Source of the DNA: Acanthaster planci
Lineage: Eukaryota
Reading direction: 5' to 3'
Length of the DNA: 64,000 nt
Assembly: GCF_001949145.1 (NCBI RefSeq)
Contig: NW_019091358.1
Coordinates: 2,598,535 to 2,662,534 of the forward strand
Below, one piece after another: positions 36,701-50,684 of this stretch. The notes below the pieces were generated by a model, which saw only the letters and a list, made by a program, of their open reading frames with translations, was not told the DNA's origin and made no database searches. A program made the position numbers and the translations under genes. Position 1 is the stretch's first letter, and every line of letters starts with the position of its first letter.

Positions 36701-39700
36701 CCATAAAACAATACTCCCAAAAAGCTACATATTCAACTGATTGAACTGCAGCAATTAAGGTCGTTGAAGCCACAGGGTGTAAAATAAGAAAGCGGAGTGG
36801 GGAGATGTTTCAAACGTTTGACTTAATGGTGATTTGAGAAGGGGATAAAAGAAACATGAACCCCCCCCCAAAAAAAATGCACTTGGATGCACCAGGCTGC
36901 ATGTGCATGCATTAACATGCAAGTCCCACAAACCCCTTGCCAATTCTTTTTCAACTTCTTGTGCCTTTGCTTTGAATTCATTATATACTGTCATGCTCCA
37001 ACAAAAATGGGTTTCAAGTCTTCATGACAACACGGGATACAATACAAGCCTGAGAAGCTCCACATGGAATGTACAAGAAGCACATTACCGGATGTGTAAG
37101 GATTTTCCAAGGTTACATACATGTATTCACACCATAGTTTACTGTATGGTACACGATTTATCGGTATCGGCACAAATATGTTGAACCTGTATATAATAAC
37201 TGATTACCATTGCCAACTGTCCCACTGCTTGGACTTGAGACTTCTTCCTAGGAAATGGCTGCTTCAGGAAAAACTTCCCAAATTGCCCTTGACATTGGAA
37301 GTCAAGGGATCTGGATAATCGTTTCCAGTAAGATTGTCAGTATGGGTAAACTGCAGAAATTGCTTTCAGGCACAGGTAACTTTAAAAAGACTTAATGCAG
37401 GGGTTCAACAAACATCCAACAAATTATCTCAACCTACATGTAGTCCTGCATTTTCCAATCAAGATCTGTATTTTTCTGAAACCCCACATGAAACCGCAGG
37501 GATGTCATCCATTTTCCTAATTTGGTTTGTGTTATTGGTTTTACATCAAGTTGTGGATGGTTCTTCATTTGAAAAAATATGCCACTTGGACTAAATTAAG
37601 GTATGTACGGGCACATAATGCAAACGTGCTGACAAGCACGTATGGTCATCATTCTAACACTTTAGACACACCAAATCAGTCTCACATTGTGGACATTTCC
37701 TTTGATGGCCATAAGAGGGCATTATGTGAACCTGGCACAGTCACAAACAAACTAAACTTGGCCTTGACAAGGCACTTGAAAGCACGCGGAAAGAAATGCA
37801 AACGCCGCACATCTCAAATCTCAATCTGAATATTGTCACACTCTCAACAAAAGTTTGAACACAACCTGCACACACAGACAAGTGCATTCCTTCAAAAACA
37901 ATTCATCATCATGAATTATTATATAACTGCCACACAGATCCTTGTCATTTCACTGGTGGAACACGCATCACATGACATTCATTATTCGTGACATTTATTT
38001 TTCCTGCTATTCATGCTGCATCGGGTACTATTCACCCATGTGTGGTTGTAAAAAATTTACAATGGTTAGGATCATCCTTGTTTCCACGACATATGAATGG
38101 CCTCATCCCTCAAAAGGCAGCGCGAGCACAACACACAGCGCTAATCAAACCTGAGGAGAATAACATTTGGTCCGAAAAGTCATTGGGATTTGAAATCGTT
38201 CAAAGATAAATCAAATGACAATGATCTATATGGCAGTTATATAGAACAAATAATGAATGTTTTTTCACTCGTGCGATGGTTAGAAATCTTCGTGAGTTGA
38301 AAGATGGAATGTTCCATTCAACAAGGCGAATATTCTTACCATTGCACATTCTTTATTGGTATACTGATTAACAGACCAGTCAGTGGCAACTATTGGTACA
38401 CGTAACTGCAGTAACATTAGCCCAAAGAAATTCCATCAAGAATATTTCTTTCCTAAGGCACAGTAGTAAACATGAAGGAACACAACATGATATTGACATT
38501 CATACAAGTACTACTCTTGCCACATACATGAGAACATGTACATGGGTGTACGCTTGAACCGTATCAGCCTTCGTACACAGACATAGATCTGTCTGTAACA
38601 CACAAATGCACACAAACAGTTTGCATAATTTATACTACAAAGTACATGTGTAATCGTCGCATGTATATTTTATACCGAGTTTCATAGACATTAATTAAAG
38701 CGAGGCAGACTGAATGTTTCTATCTCATAAATATTCGGAAAATTCTTATCTCTGGCAAGGGTGAGACCTACTGCAAAGCTTGTAAACACAAACGCATGTA
38801 TTTTACTCACACAATACTACATGTATCAAAGCGTTTATAGGGGCATAGTATCTCACAGTATCTGTAATTCAAAGGGGCTGGTATATTAACATGAACATGT
38901 ATATATATATCCACAGTACCTGCATGATACGTTCTTACTTCTGTGCAAGGTATGTGTAGTTGGCACTGCAATGTACATGTACATGTATCCTGTATTGTGA
39001 ACTGCACCATAGACTTCTGTACCATGCTTTTGGGAATGTTTCCATGTATCATACACACAAATGCATATGATGCACTAAGTTGTCTGCTTTGAATTGTTAC
39101 AACATTGCACTCGGTTCTCAAATCTGTTGCACAAACTTCAGAAATTGCACCTTTTGTAGACTGCTTCCCTATTTTGCCCAAATAAACAACCACGATCTCA
39201 GTTCATGCCGATATGTGCTTCTTATCCAATGTCTCGCATAATGAGACTGCCGAGTATCGCCTAGACATTTTGACCTGCTTGGCTAATTCTACCTGCTATC
39301 AAGCGTGCATACTTCAGAGGGCAATTTCCATTTGTTTGAATCAACCAAGGGAGGCAGGGGCAAAACTGGGTACATTCCAGCCCGTATCAGAACACTGCCA
39401 TCATTTGATTACCATTAAGTGGGTAACATTACGGGGAGTGGGGCGGATTGCAGCGCGGCGCACCGCTACCGCTAGCCAATAAAAGAATGCTCCAACAGGG
39501 TATAAAGTATTGGCAATGCGTCCGTCCCCTTTTCTTGTAAGTCAAACCAGTTCAGGAGCTGGAAACCATGTCTTCATGTCTCAGGCTGGGGGGGGGGCTT
39601 GCAAATACTGTACACAGCATAGCATGGTGGTCATGTGCAAACTACACTCGTATCTAAAATACCAGTGCCATAGATGTATCTGGCAACTGGGGTGCACTCA

Positions 39701-41575
39701 CTTGGCTGACAATACTCTCCTCTTGATCCACTGGGATATTCAACCCTTGTCTGGAGGTTTCAACTCTGCTAGTTGCAAAAGTAATACAAGAACCCTGCCA
39801 AGGTACATGTTGTATTTGACGACGTCATCATTAATTTTATACAACAAATTCTTAACAACGGTGTGGTAAGAATGTAAAAAAGGATATATGTTTGATATAT
39901 TCAGGATAGTACAATGTACAAAGTACATATGCAGAACAGGCTATGATCTTGGATGCACACATGATGTGCATTCATATGCGTCTGCAAAATGTTCCTTCAG
40001 TTTTGTCTTCAAGCACAAGTACATGTACACGCTATTTTGATGGTCCTTTTACATGCTTTTCACAGGAAAGAAGAGTTACTTAACAACTTCGAACACAATG
40101 CACTTGTTACAAAGGATCTCTGATGGAGCTGAAAGGATAGATGACATTTCAGATGGGGGTGGCTGTGTTAAATGCCCCAACTTTGTCACATCCCACCAAA
40201 TGAAGAGGAACAGCCACTGCCCCTGTAACCAAAATCCATGCGGAGAGAAGTACCCCTCTCCATCTTCTAGGTAAAATGAAGGCGCGACACTCGGGATTAC
40301 AATTTCTAAGGAAAAACTTTATCTACAAATTCATGCACCCCCCCCAAAAAATGACCAAGGTCACATCAAACTGACTACATTTATAACATATGCAGGGACT
40401 ATTTTTATACGGAATGCTTGAAGTCAACTATTTTTTTTCAGATTTAAAAACACCTCATTCAAATTAACATTAATGCTAATTTGTCACCCATACTTGTCTG
40501 TATCTTTTTTTCCAATGACTATTTTCTGGACAAGTTACAAGTGCTTGTTTTGACAAAAAAAAAAAGCTTAGGCCAAACACTGTCAAAAACTGAGAAGCCA
40601 GAGGGCCTACATGGAGTTGAAATCTTTCAAACTTCAACTTGGGAAACTGAACTGAAGTTGTGTGCATGCATCATTTCCACTCTTGTGGTGACAATATTTT
40701 TTTTATCTCACTCAGTGACTTTGTATTGAAACTCATCAAGCTCAAAAGTTTAAAACCTGCACATAAAAAACTAAAAGAAATGCACAAACTTGAAAAATGA
40801 CAACCAAAGACTACTTCAGATGCAGGATGACAAAATCCCAGATACACACTTGTACAAACCCCGGGAAACACCCCAGCGCCTGTCCACATACTATAGCGCT
40901 ACTGACGTAACACAAAGTTTAGGGAACTCATGCTGATCACAGAGCACTTTCCTTACGCCTACCCACGTGTACCGACCGGCATTTAAAACACGATTTGATA
41001 AAGATCTCCGTCCCATTCCTTCAAGTTTGTCCTGTAATACAGTTGAATGCGACTAACTTTGATCATCGTCTATGGACTTTACAGATTTTCTGAAGAACTG
41101 AATGATTTTTGGTCCAGAAGAAACACAGAGATTACCCAAAGCTAGGGCCGGGGGAACCCCTCCAGTACGAGTCATTCGAATGTGTAGTTACTTCAGCTCA
41201 CTCCTAGGGAGAATTTACTCACTCATGAACAAAAACATGTCCCACTTCTTCCGCATTGGAGAGGAGATACAACTTTATATCTTATAAAGAAAATATTTCA
41301 TACATCATGTACCGGACTGTAAAACATATCACCATTTACGCCCCACAAACAACAGGATTGTGACAACATTTCATGGGACACGCTTTGCAATCTCATAAAT
41401 GCAAGGATACTAGCTCTCTCGCTCGTGAGTGGTGCTTCCCACGAGATGGCGCGATTTCGGCGTGAAAATTGAACCGATTGTACGTGAAATACGAAGTTCT
41501 GGCTCAGTTTTCAATAGGAATCCACTCCACAAATCCAAACATTGCAATATTGCAGGTTTATTAAGAATAACTTAC

Positions 41576-41760
41576 CGGCTACAAGATAATTTCAGTAAAC
41601 GGATTATAGTGACCTCTCGCGCAGCTGATGAAAGCCGTGTGAAGCAGCCTATTCAAAATGCTCCGGCCAATGGCGAGTAGCCCGTGCGCACACGCCTGCA
41701 CGCCGCCGACGTACAAATCCTCCTTGGCTCGGGCACTTTCCAGTTTACAAAAATCTCGAA
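41576..41760 (-). promoter_or_regulatory. Candidate GATAD2 core promoter and non-coding first exon
   Basis: CpG-rich patch. Strong minus-strand donor CG|GTAAGT (GT at 41575-41574), CCAAT box at 41667-41671 and a GTGCGCAC (NRF1-like) element just upstream. No in-frame ATG. The link to GATAD2 is inferred from strand and position. Confidence 0.55.
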
Positions 41761-44700
41761 ATTACACAATTTCCATATGGAAATAATGTTTCCACTTCAC
41801 TTCAGCTACCTCTACGACACATTAGGCCCCTGAAGGATTGTCAAGTAACTACGTGTGGGCACTGTATTGTCCGAACGGGCCCAATTTCCGTAAAAAATGG
41901 CGAAGGTTCAAATGGCTGTTTACCGTAGGGGTAGCCCGGTCTGTGTTCAGGGCTAAACACAACAATTTGTTTACAGATAAACAACCTCCTCCTACATATC
42001 CGGCGGTACGACACGTGACATGCCACCTGGCCAATAGAGTGTGGCCGGCTTATATACATCATACCTGTTCACATGACAACTGCTTAGATGCATATGTGAA
42101 GAATGTTGCCATTCATGTAAATCTCCCTAGTGGACAAAATACACAAATTTTGTATACTCATTTATCTTTGTGTCACGTGACATCGTTTTCTTACAACTTT
42201 TTTACATAAAGTTGACATCCTGTCATCGTCACTGATTGTCATTTTGTATTTTTTTTAAAGATTGTTATTGAAAATCGATAACATATTTCACATAGATAGT
42301 ATATTAGTACTGATCAAGCCGTCAATATCGATATTATTTTCGCTTTTTGGGCTCTTTGGCAGTGTATCACACCTCAGTTTTCTACTCCGAGTAGCAAATG
42401 GCACAGTGACACGACATAGCAAATGAAAAGGAAATGTGTTAATTCTTTTGATGAAGTTTTTGAAAGAGGTTAATCTGTATAGTTTCATTTTTTACTCACC
42501 CAATTTAATCGGAACACTTTCAAGTTAAAAATCCAGTGCTTCTTCAGACAACTCCATAATACAAAAAAGTTACAAGTTATTAATCCATGAACTAAACGAT
42601 CAAGTATTTATTGGTGTTCAATAGTATAGTTGCAACTCCAACTCAGTGCTTCAACAGTGTCCCTATTACTTTGAAGCAAGAGAGTGCACATTACTACAGC
42701 CTGTACACTGCAGGAACTCTAAGTATTATGTTGGACGAGTTATATAAAGGTCTATCTATACACGGGTATTTTTTTAAACCCATTTAGGACTGAATCCTGT
42801 GATTTCAATATGATTTAACTCATACCCTGGGATGGATTAATCTCCAGTTTCGGTCATCTGTTTGATGCTTCACTTTTAACAAGTTTCTTTTTCGCAGATT
42901 AATCTGCTTCTTCACTTTTGGGGAACTTTAAATGCTGATTATAAATGAGGAAACGCATGATTTTTTAAGCATCTTTACATCTGAGCAACTTTCCCAGAGA
43001 ACCGGGCGGCCTATCGTTGTTTCTAATTCTATCTTTCATTTATTCATTTCTTATACCTTATTTCATCACCTGCTCTTCAAGTGTGTAATTGACATACGCT
43101 TTTTAGTCTTCTTTTTAACTGATGTTATCGGTAAAAATTGCAACAGCCATTAAAATGTGATTGAATTTCGGAGGAAAAACTCAAGGGAGAAAGTGTTAAG
43201 AATAAAAGACTCTTGACAGTGTGGAAGTAATTAAACCTGTTTTATGTTTTACGTTTAAGTTCTTTGTATGTTAATGCTTATTGATTTGTAATTAATTGAT
43301 CATTTTGTTATCGATTTTACTTTTCTCACAGTGTGTATTTTTATAACCTTGAGACCAAGCATGATCTTCAGAGAGCTGCACAGAACTGTTAACTGTGTAC
43401 ACATCTCTGCAAAACTCTGTGTGCACGACAACAGAAGATGGTGACGACTAGACTACTGGCATCCCGGCCGCCATGATGTTTTTCTGTAACTGGTGCTATT
43501 TTTTTCGAAGGCGTCATGCGTCACTGAGATAGTGGAGTCACGTGAGCTGTGACGGCGCATTTACCCATTGCCGCGTCCGGTCACACCCCGCCTTTCCACA
43601 TCATCACATGCAAATGAATCACGTGACGTACATGGCCGTTCGTCCCCGCTTCTTTCTCTCTCGAGCCCTTTGGCCTTTTGTGCATGAAGTCAATACCAAG
43701 TCACGTGACAGCCGTATCGGTAAAATGTATCATAGGAGTATGGATACAAAATCAACGACCGCCGCCTGAGCGTGCTTATGCAACGCAAGAACCGTCAGTT
43801 CCATCAACAGCCGTGACGCATATCTGAAAGTGGCCGCTTTCCAGATTGAGATTGGCACAATTACGACACGATTCCAATTCAGTGTCGATGATGCAACCTT
43901 ATACCAAATCAGAACTTAGTGAGTGAGAATGTCATTCATGACGGAATACTACCTTTGTAACTGTGATAGCCCATCCACACGAGGGCGGGAAAGAATGAAA
44001 AGAAAATTACTGACAATTAACATTGGCATGTCTCTTAAGAAATAGACATGAAGCTTAGACAGATGGCAACAGCATGAAAAGAGCAAACAAACTCTAATCA
44101 GAGGTTGGTGAGCTGATAATCATTGGGCGAAAGGAAAAGATGTGCAACATTTTTGCACCCGCCCCCATGAAGTAACTTATTTGCATCCAGTCACATTTTA
44201 TGTTCAAAAATACCGTCAGACCCCAAAATAAAGGCCAGTATTTTAGGCAGACCCTGAAGCAATGCATTGCTTTGCTATCTTCCGTAGATAATTTCTTTGT
44301 GCAATTCCAGCAAGGTTGCGGTCACTGTCTTTGTGAAAGCTTCTTCGTGCCGATTTTATAAAACTAGCCGGTAATCTGCAGATCTTCGCAGTTGGGTTGT
44401 CAAACGGATCGTCCAACTATCGTTACTAGTGATGAGTGTCACGATCAATCAGGTCTTTCTCCAGACGCGCACCGCGGCACGGGATTGGTGTAAATGAAGG
44501 CCTAAATATCAAGTCACAGGGGAAAATAATAAAATTCCAATTCTCTCATAAATATAAAACCTTTTCACTTTTCAATTTTTTAATGTTTATCACACTCGGA
44601 GTTTGATCAAACATACTGCTGGATGAGTCTCTAGTTTGGTATTTTCATCTTGATAAATAGCCTTGGTGTGCCATTGTGGGCCATTTGTGTAATCTGCGGT

Positions 44701-45925
44701 AAAAAAAAATAGCGCTGTTAGATCTACGTATGACCTGATATAAAATATTCCCAACTTGATTTGTAAATAATCATGTTTACTGAATTAACGTGCAACGCGC
44801 GTGGTTAACTTTCTTACACCCACCGAGTGGCAAGGGCGGGTCTGACCGTCTTTTTTTTCTTCGAAAATTCCATCTCGTCAAAGGCTTATTTCAACATCAT
44901 TCGATCAAGAAATCAATCCGTTCAGGAACATCTTTACAGTCGGTTGTGGGTCTAGTGCACAAATCTTTAACTGAGTTTGAGCCAAAGGTAACTACTTTTT
45001 CATAAATTTACCTGAAAAATTCCTTCCAAGGCAGAAATTCGAAATTCTGAATCATGCAAGTAGGCCTATTGGTATCCGTTTTCCTTTACTCAAAAGGCCG
45101 CCAGGTCTACGCCCGTTATGCAGACAAGGAGAAGGCGCGAAATGTACATGTACTTTTGAAACACAATTCTCCGAGTCCTTGACGATTCCCCAACTTTCAG
45201 ACTAGTTCTGCCGTCGAGGCCCCTGTACACATTGTGAACGATTCCTCATTAGCAGGAGAAACGGGGTCAGTTTCGCCTTGATTTCATGCCAGCTGTTGTA
45301 TGCAAATCATGTCGTCTGTGGTCAACCATGGGGTCAACGAAGTATGCATGGTGGTCTGTATCGCATACTGTACATGCAACTTGAACGCCGCGCAAGAGCG
45401 TGTAAACATGAACATAGAGTGTGAAATGTTTTGAATTTGAAATTCCCTCAACGGAACCCCTACGTTCGGCGCTTGAAACATTCTATTGCACAATGAAATT
45501 TTTATAGCTCGATACCAGTGGAATATTGTCACCTATATCATGGAGTCCTCCCTCCATGCCCATATAATACACAAATGATACGCTCGATTCACTTAGCGCG
45601 GTGTGTTCATAGAACTACTTGAATCACCCAATCTGCCCCTAGATTGAGGTCAAAAAGCATGGGTGAACTGTGTAGGTCTATGCATATGGGACACAGGTGT
45701 TGTGGATATCGTTTGAATTTGGATGTTACGGTGAAATCCCTTCTGTTTCGTCATGGTGTCCAAGGATCTGTGCCGCACTGCGCCATACGCAATACACATG
45801 TACGACCGGTACGGCGAGTCCGTCTCTCAGTAGTCCAACTTGCGTACGTGTAGAATTATACTACACCTGTCAGAACGAGCAACTTGGACCTGAGCGTCAC
45901 GAAGGGGGAGGGACAGTCATGTGCA

Positions 45926-46074
45926 NNNNNNNNNNNNNNNNNNNNNNNNNNNNNNNNNNNNNNNNNNNNNNNNNNNNNNNNNNNNNNNNNNNNNNNNNNN
46001 NNNNNNNNNNNNNNNNNNNNNNNNNNNNNNNNNNNNNNNNNNNNNNNNNNNNNNNNNNNNNNNNNNNNNNNNNN
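45926..46074. other. Assembly gap (intergenic)
   Basis: Run of N. Confidence 0.99.
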
Positions 46075-46920
46075 GGGCGCTGCCCCTTGCAAAAAAAGAG
46101 GGAAAAGGCGAGAGAAACAAACACTAGGAAAAGGGGACAATCGCCAGTTTGCTTGAAATACTTCTGAAGTTACCTCATTCAGCTACCAATGATTTGTCAG
46201 TTTGCTGTTGATGAGTACTCCCCCCCCCCAAAAAAAATCTGAGCTTGAACAGTTTGTGAGAAGCAGACGAAATAAAACGTTTGATTAGATCTCATGGCTG
46301 ATGCGTGTGAAAATCTTCCGGTGTTGTGTCCGAGTAGAAAAACCCGCCGACGTTTCAACGACTGCAAAGTCATGAACGAATTGAGCATGGCCGCACGCGG
46401 ATGTACATCGAGCACCCCCCCCTTTTATGTAAGTTTAAACTTCAAATGTAATAGCCTCGTCTCAAGCTAAAGAAAAAACTAAGCAAATGTTCGAATTCTG
46501 AAGTTACTTCCCCTTCCCCGCCTCAATTATTTTTGCACGGCACGGCTATGTTGTATAGTTTTACTAAATCCCGGCAGCAAAACCTAAGTTGGATTTCGCA
46601 CAAAGGCGCTCGCATCAATATAGCTTCTGACCGAAAGCCCTAAAGTTGGGACACTGGATGGAGAGGATAACTGTAGCCCCGGGAATCGAACAAGAACTCC
46701 TCGGACCCAAAATCTGCACCGTCAGACCTCGTCGGGGCCAGGCGAGGAGCTGACCCGTACGAAGCTAAACCCATCAGGAAGGTCGTGTGCTTTTGCCCAC
46801 CTGCTCCCGTACAGGAATGCAACTTCTTGTTTTGGCAGTTGCTAATCGGTCAGAGTCTATGTATTGGCCCCAGAGCAAAATCGTACTAGGTTCACCAATC
46901 AGAATAGACACACCTATTAC

Positions 46921-47218
46921 CAACGGCGTCAATCGGTGGGGCAAAGGTTAGGGGATATCATATCGTTTGTCTCCCCCCCCTCAAAAAAATTCTCCACTTA
47001 CATGTAAAATCTTGAAAGAGGAACGTTATTTGCAAAAGCATTTACCAAAAAAATTCAAAGTGGTCAAAAATTGCCTCAGATCGCACCACAGAAAATCAAA
47101 TTTTAAAGGGCCTTTAAGCAGACCCGAACCCCAAGCCGTTGAGACTTCGCCCTCACGTTAATTGTGATCAATTCAGGTTATGCCTCCCTCCAATTTTGAT
47201 AAGCGATTAACGCCCTTG
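46921..47218. mobile_element. hAT-like MITE
   Basis: 15-bp TIRs CAACGGCGTCAATCG / CGATTAACGCCCTTG. Degenerate 8-bp TSD CCTATTAC / CTTATGAC. Confidence 0.7.
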
Positions 47219-47446
47219 CTTATGACTTACAGCAGAATCATTCACGTTGATTTCAAGCATCAAACAAAAACTTTCGTCTGAAACTTTTTATCTGGAACCG
47301 ACATTGGTGAAGCCATGCATGGAAAGCAGAACGTGGAAATTAAGGAACCGAAGTGGAACTGTCAAGTTGTAGCAACGTCATCTTGAAACCCCATGAAAAC
47401 TGTTCAGCGCCCCGTGTTGATTAAAGTACACGGTGCCCCATTTCGT

Positions 47447-47680
47447 CTATTTATTTATGTATTTATTTATTCCATTTCTTTACCCAGGGCATGCCCAAAC
47501 AGTTATACAAACTGGTTTCCATTGGGGCCCTGCAATCAGTACAAATTAAAAAAATAATTAAAAACTCAAGACGAAAAGTAAAATTGACAAATACAACAAA
47601 CATTAATATTTACAAATACAGACCACTAAAATATCATACACATGAGAACATTTACATAATCAAGGCATTAATTCAATACT
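47447..47680 (-). mobile_element. 3' tail of an L2/CR1-type LINE (5'-truncated)
   Basis: Minus strand ends in a (TAAA)n tail preceded by a CAGGGC..GCCCTG stem-loop and a T-rich 3' UTR. The 5' boundary is approximate. Confidence 0.5.
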
Positions 47681-50247
47681 GATCACGGGATGGGCGAAAA
47701 CCCCGCAAAAAAACCTATGGGAAAAAAAGAACACGGGGAAAATTCCCGATCCGGCTCGTTTGCGAATTAGAGATGCCATCCGACGTTTCAAACTGGCGCA
47801 CCAGTCTGTACTAGGGTGGTGAGAGAAAAGCGCGGAAAGGGGGCAGGTATCTAGGGTTTCCCGCGGAAAAAGGGCTGGGGATGGAACACGTCACCGGGGC
47901 TGCATAATTTTTATGCGCCTTCGGTGGTGTGTATGTTTCAACTATGTCTCTCCCCTCGAAGGACCAGTGAGCCGGAAAAGAGGTGTATCCTTGCCGGCCC
48001 TCGGTATGAAGGCCGAAGGGTTGAAAAAATGCTCTTCGAGTATTCCACCTCCTTATAAATCACAGTTGAGTATGCTATCAGCAGTCAGGAGAAAAGAAAA
48101 TCAATAATCCAGATCGAGTCGTCTTCCGGATGGTCTGGGAACTGAAGGCCTTCATCTGTTAAAAGTGCACGGACTCTGGGAGCCCATTTCAAGGAGAGCG
48201 GGCTCCATCGAGATAAGCCATCTCAAGACTAGATGCACAAAAGCCAGCAGTCGGGGGATCTTTCCCGCATCGATATCATGCCAATGCGAGTCGGTCACGA
48301 ATTAAATCACAAGTGTTTGGCCACGGGAAACAGGGGAATGGTAGAAATACCTTTGTCACGGCTCAAAGCTTGTCACTCGATGTGAAAACAGGAGTGACTT
48401 GGGATCGCCTTTTGTATGACTTGATCACCAGTCTAGCGTCTTTGTGCATGGTGAAGTGTACATGCAGAAAAATCTTTTCAAGTGGTTTGCCTGAACCAAC
48501 TGTTTTTCATGAAAATAGTCCAGCAGCGTATCTTTTCATAGCGGATCGAAAACAAGGGTATTTTGAAATCATGCCTAATGAAACAAACCACAAAATCTCT
48601 ACAGTTTTTACGGTTAATCTTTCCACAAAATTTTATAATCTTTATGAGTTTTAATTCCGCAAACGTAAACCCGCCTTTGTGAATGACCCGTATATTATTA
48701 CTATCTTAAGGTGAAATATGGTTTGTAACCTTGTGACCCTTTAACCTGACTTTCTCAGAACCATCACAAGACAGAGAGACGGCACCTCAAGTTACAAGAT
48801 CACCTAAAGGCAGTCTGAAACCGACTGCAAACCTGTTTGGTAGCCCGGCAACGAGAGAATCGTGACCCCGAGAGGGATCAAGCGCTTTCCTTTTGCACGC
48901 ATCCGTCTGAATTCGTGGAAAAGAATAAGAGTTGCTGTCGCAGTGGTGTTAAAAACGAAATCGATCAAAGTCGGCACCTCTGACTTGCATGTTGACCGCA
49001 TGTCTTAGAAAAACTAGAGCATCTCCTGCCCTTTGAGACGAAATTTTTGCCGCACAAGTTGACCAAAAGAAGTAATTTATTAAGACAACGGAGAAATGCT
49101 GAAGTTTTTTTCATCTTACCTTTTCGAGGTACTTCGTCGTCTTTTGGTTTACATGCGAATACAAATTTGCATGTTTCTGAGCAAAAATATGTGTCACTAT
49201 CAGGACAAAAACCTCAAAAGTTACGGCTATTTCTACTCCAACATTGTCAGAATTGGGTACCAGTATATCATATTTGCTGCCAGAAATTCTTTTTCTTTCT
49301 TGATATTTTTTAAATAAAGCAGAATTTTCTTTAAAACTATTTTCAATGAGAACATTTTGCATTTGCTATCTGAACAAGAAACCCTTAAAAGGAAGCGTCT
49401 TCTCAGAATGACATCACAACACTCACGTCCAAAACATCCATCCTTAATAACAGTTGCGGAAGATTTAACTTGATTAATGTCTTCAGGTTGAGCAGACCAA
49501 CCCAAAAAACCGAGGAAACTCCAATATTTCCAACATTTTGTACAGTGTTTTTCAATTCCTAATGACACCAGTGTGAAGTGAAAAACGAGGACATCAGCTG
49601 ATCCGAGGGAAAGTTGCATACCTGAACCATACAGGTTGCCCTTTTTTTTTCTTCAACATTTAACACCGTATGCAATACGTCGTTCGGCCGAATGATAGGC
49701 TTTTCACTACTAGTCCAAGTTCAATTTTGTTTGCCGTGCTACTTCACGATTACAGCATTGGTCATTTATGAAATCAAATCAAATTATATCTCAGATCAAG
49801 TATAGCTTCTCCGGGAATAGGCTAAGGTTTGCAGAAAATTTCTTGAAAGGCCAATGTCCGAAATGTTCGGGCAATCATTTTGACATCACTTTATAACTAA
49901 AATGTATTAAAGATGTTTCTATCCCAGTGCTTTCAGAAAAGAGAGGTATCCCAAATTATTATTCCTTTGCTACATGTATAATTATTATGTATAAAGATGT
50001 GTTCAAACTTTTCAAGAGAAACTCACAAAATTTGCAGGAACATTAAAGTATGTAATGTAATGCCCCATGATTTTGTAGAAAATTACGGTATACAAGTTCT
50101 TGCGTTCACCTGCACAGCAATCAAGCATGCTCAGGGAACGTTCTTGTCACTCGCGGGTATACGTCAATCATCTTTCAGTGACAGGGTATGCAATTTACCC
50201 ACTGGGTATCATCGAAAAGTATGTTCTTGAAAGCGTACCCTGGGGCT

Positions 50248-50684
50248 GAGTTCGGGCGGCTTGTTCTCGTATGTTCAAGAACAGCTCGATTTATTGTTCG
50301 TTAGTCGACTGCTGGGAACGTACGACCAGTTGTTGCATGGAACATGGCGGCATCCATGTACGTACTTTCAAAGTAAACTTGGAAGGCTGGGCTGAATTCT
50401 TTTCCATTTAAAAAGGAACACGCAATTTTTTTTTTTTTTGCTATGGAAATTGATAAATGTTACTTTTGTAAAACTTCCCATTGTCTCCGGCTTGGTGAGC
50501 CATCTCGCTATCTTTTGCGACTGTTCAAAAATCAAAATCTCACGAGTTTTTCCGTGTGTTTCTGTAAAACCCTAACGACGAGGTGGTGTGTGATCCTGTC
50601 CCGGGAACAGTGTTCTTGGGTTGCGTTCCCGCCGTTCGAGCGCGAGAACAAGACACTCGTGTTAAGAACAGGCCGGCCGAACTC
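50248..50684. mobile_element. MITE-like element with imperfect terminal inverted repeats
   Basis: GAGTTCGGGCGGCTTGTTCT (50248-50267) pairs with AGAACAGGCCGGCCGAACTC (50665-50684), 18/20. Confidence 0.6.

Noticed and set aside
42983..43075. Possible C/D-box snoRNA (GTGATGA with GAGCA/TGCTC flanks, minus strand)
   Set aside because: No CTGA D box next to the terminal stem.
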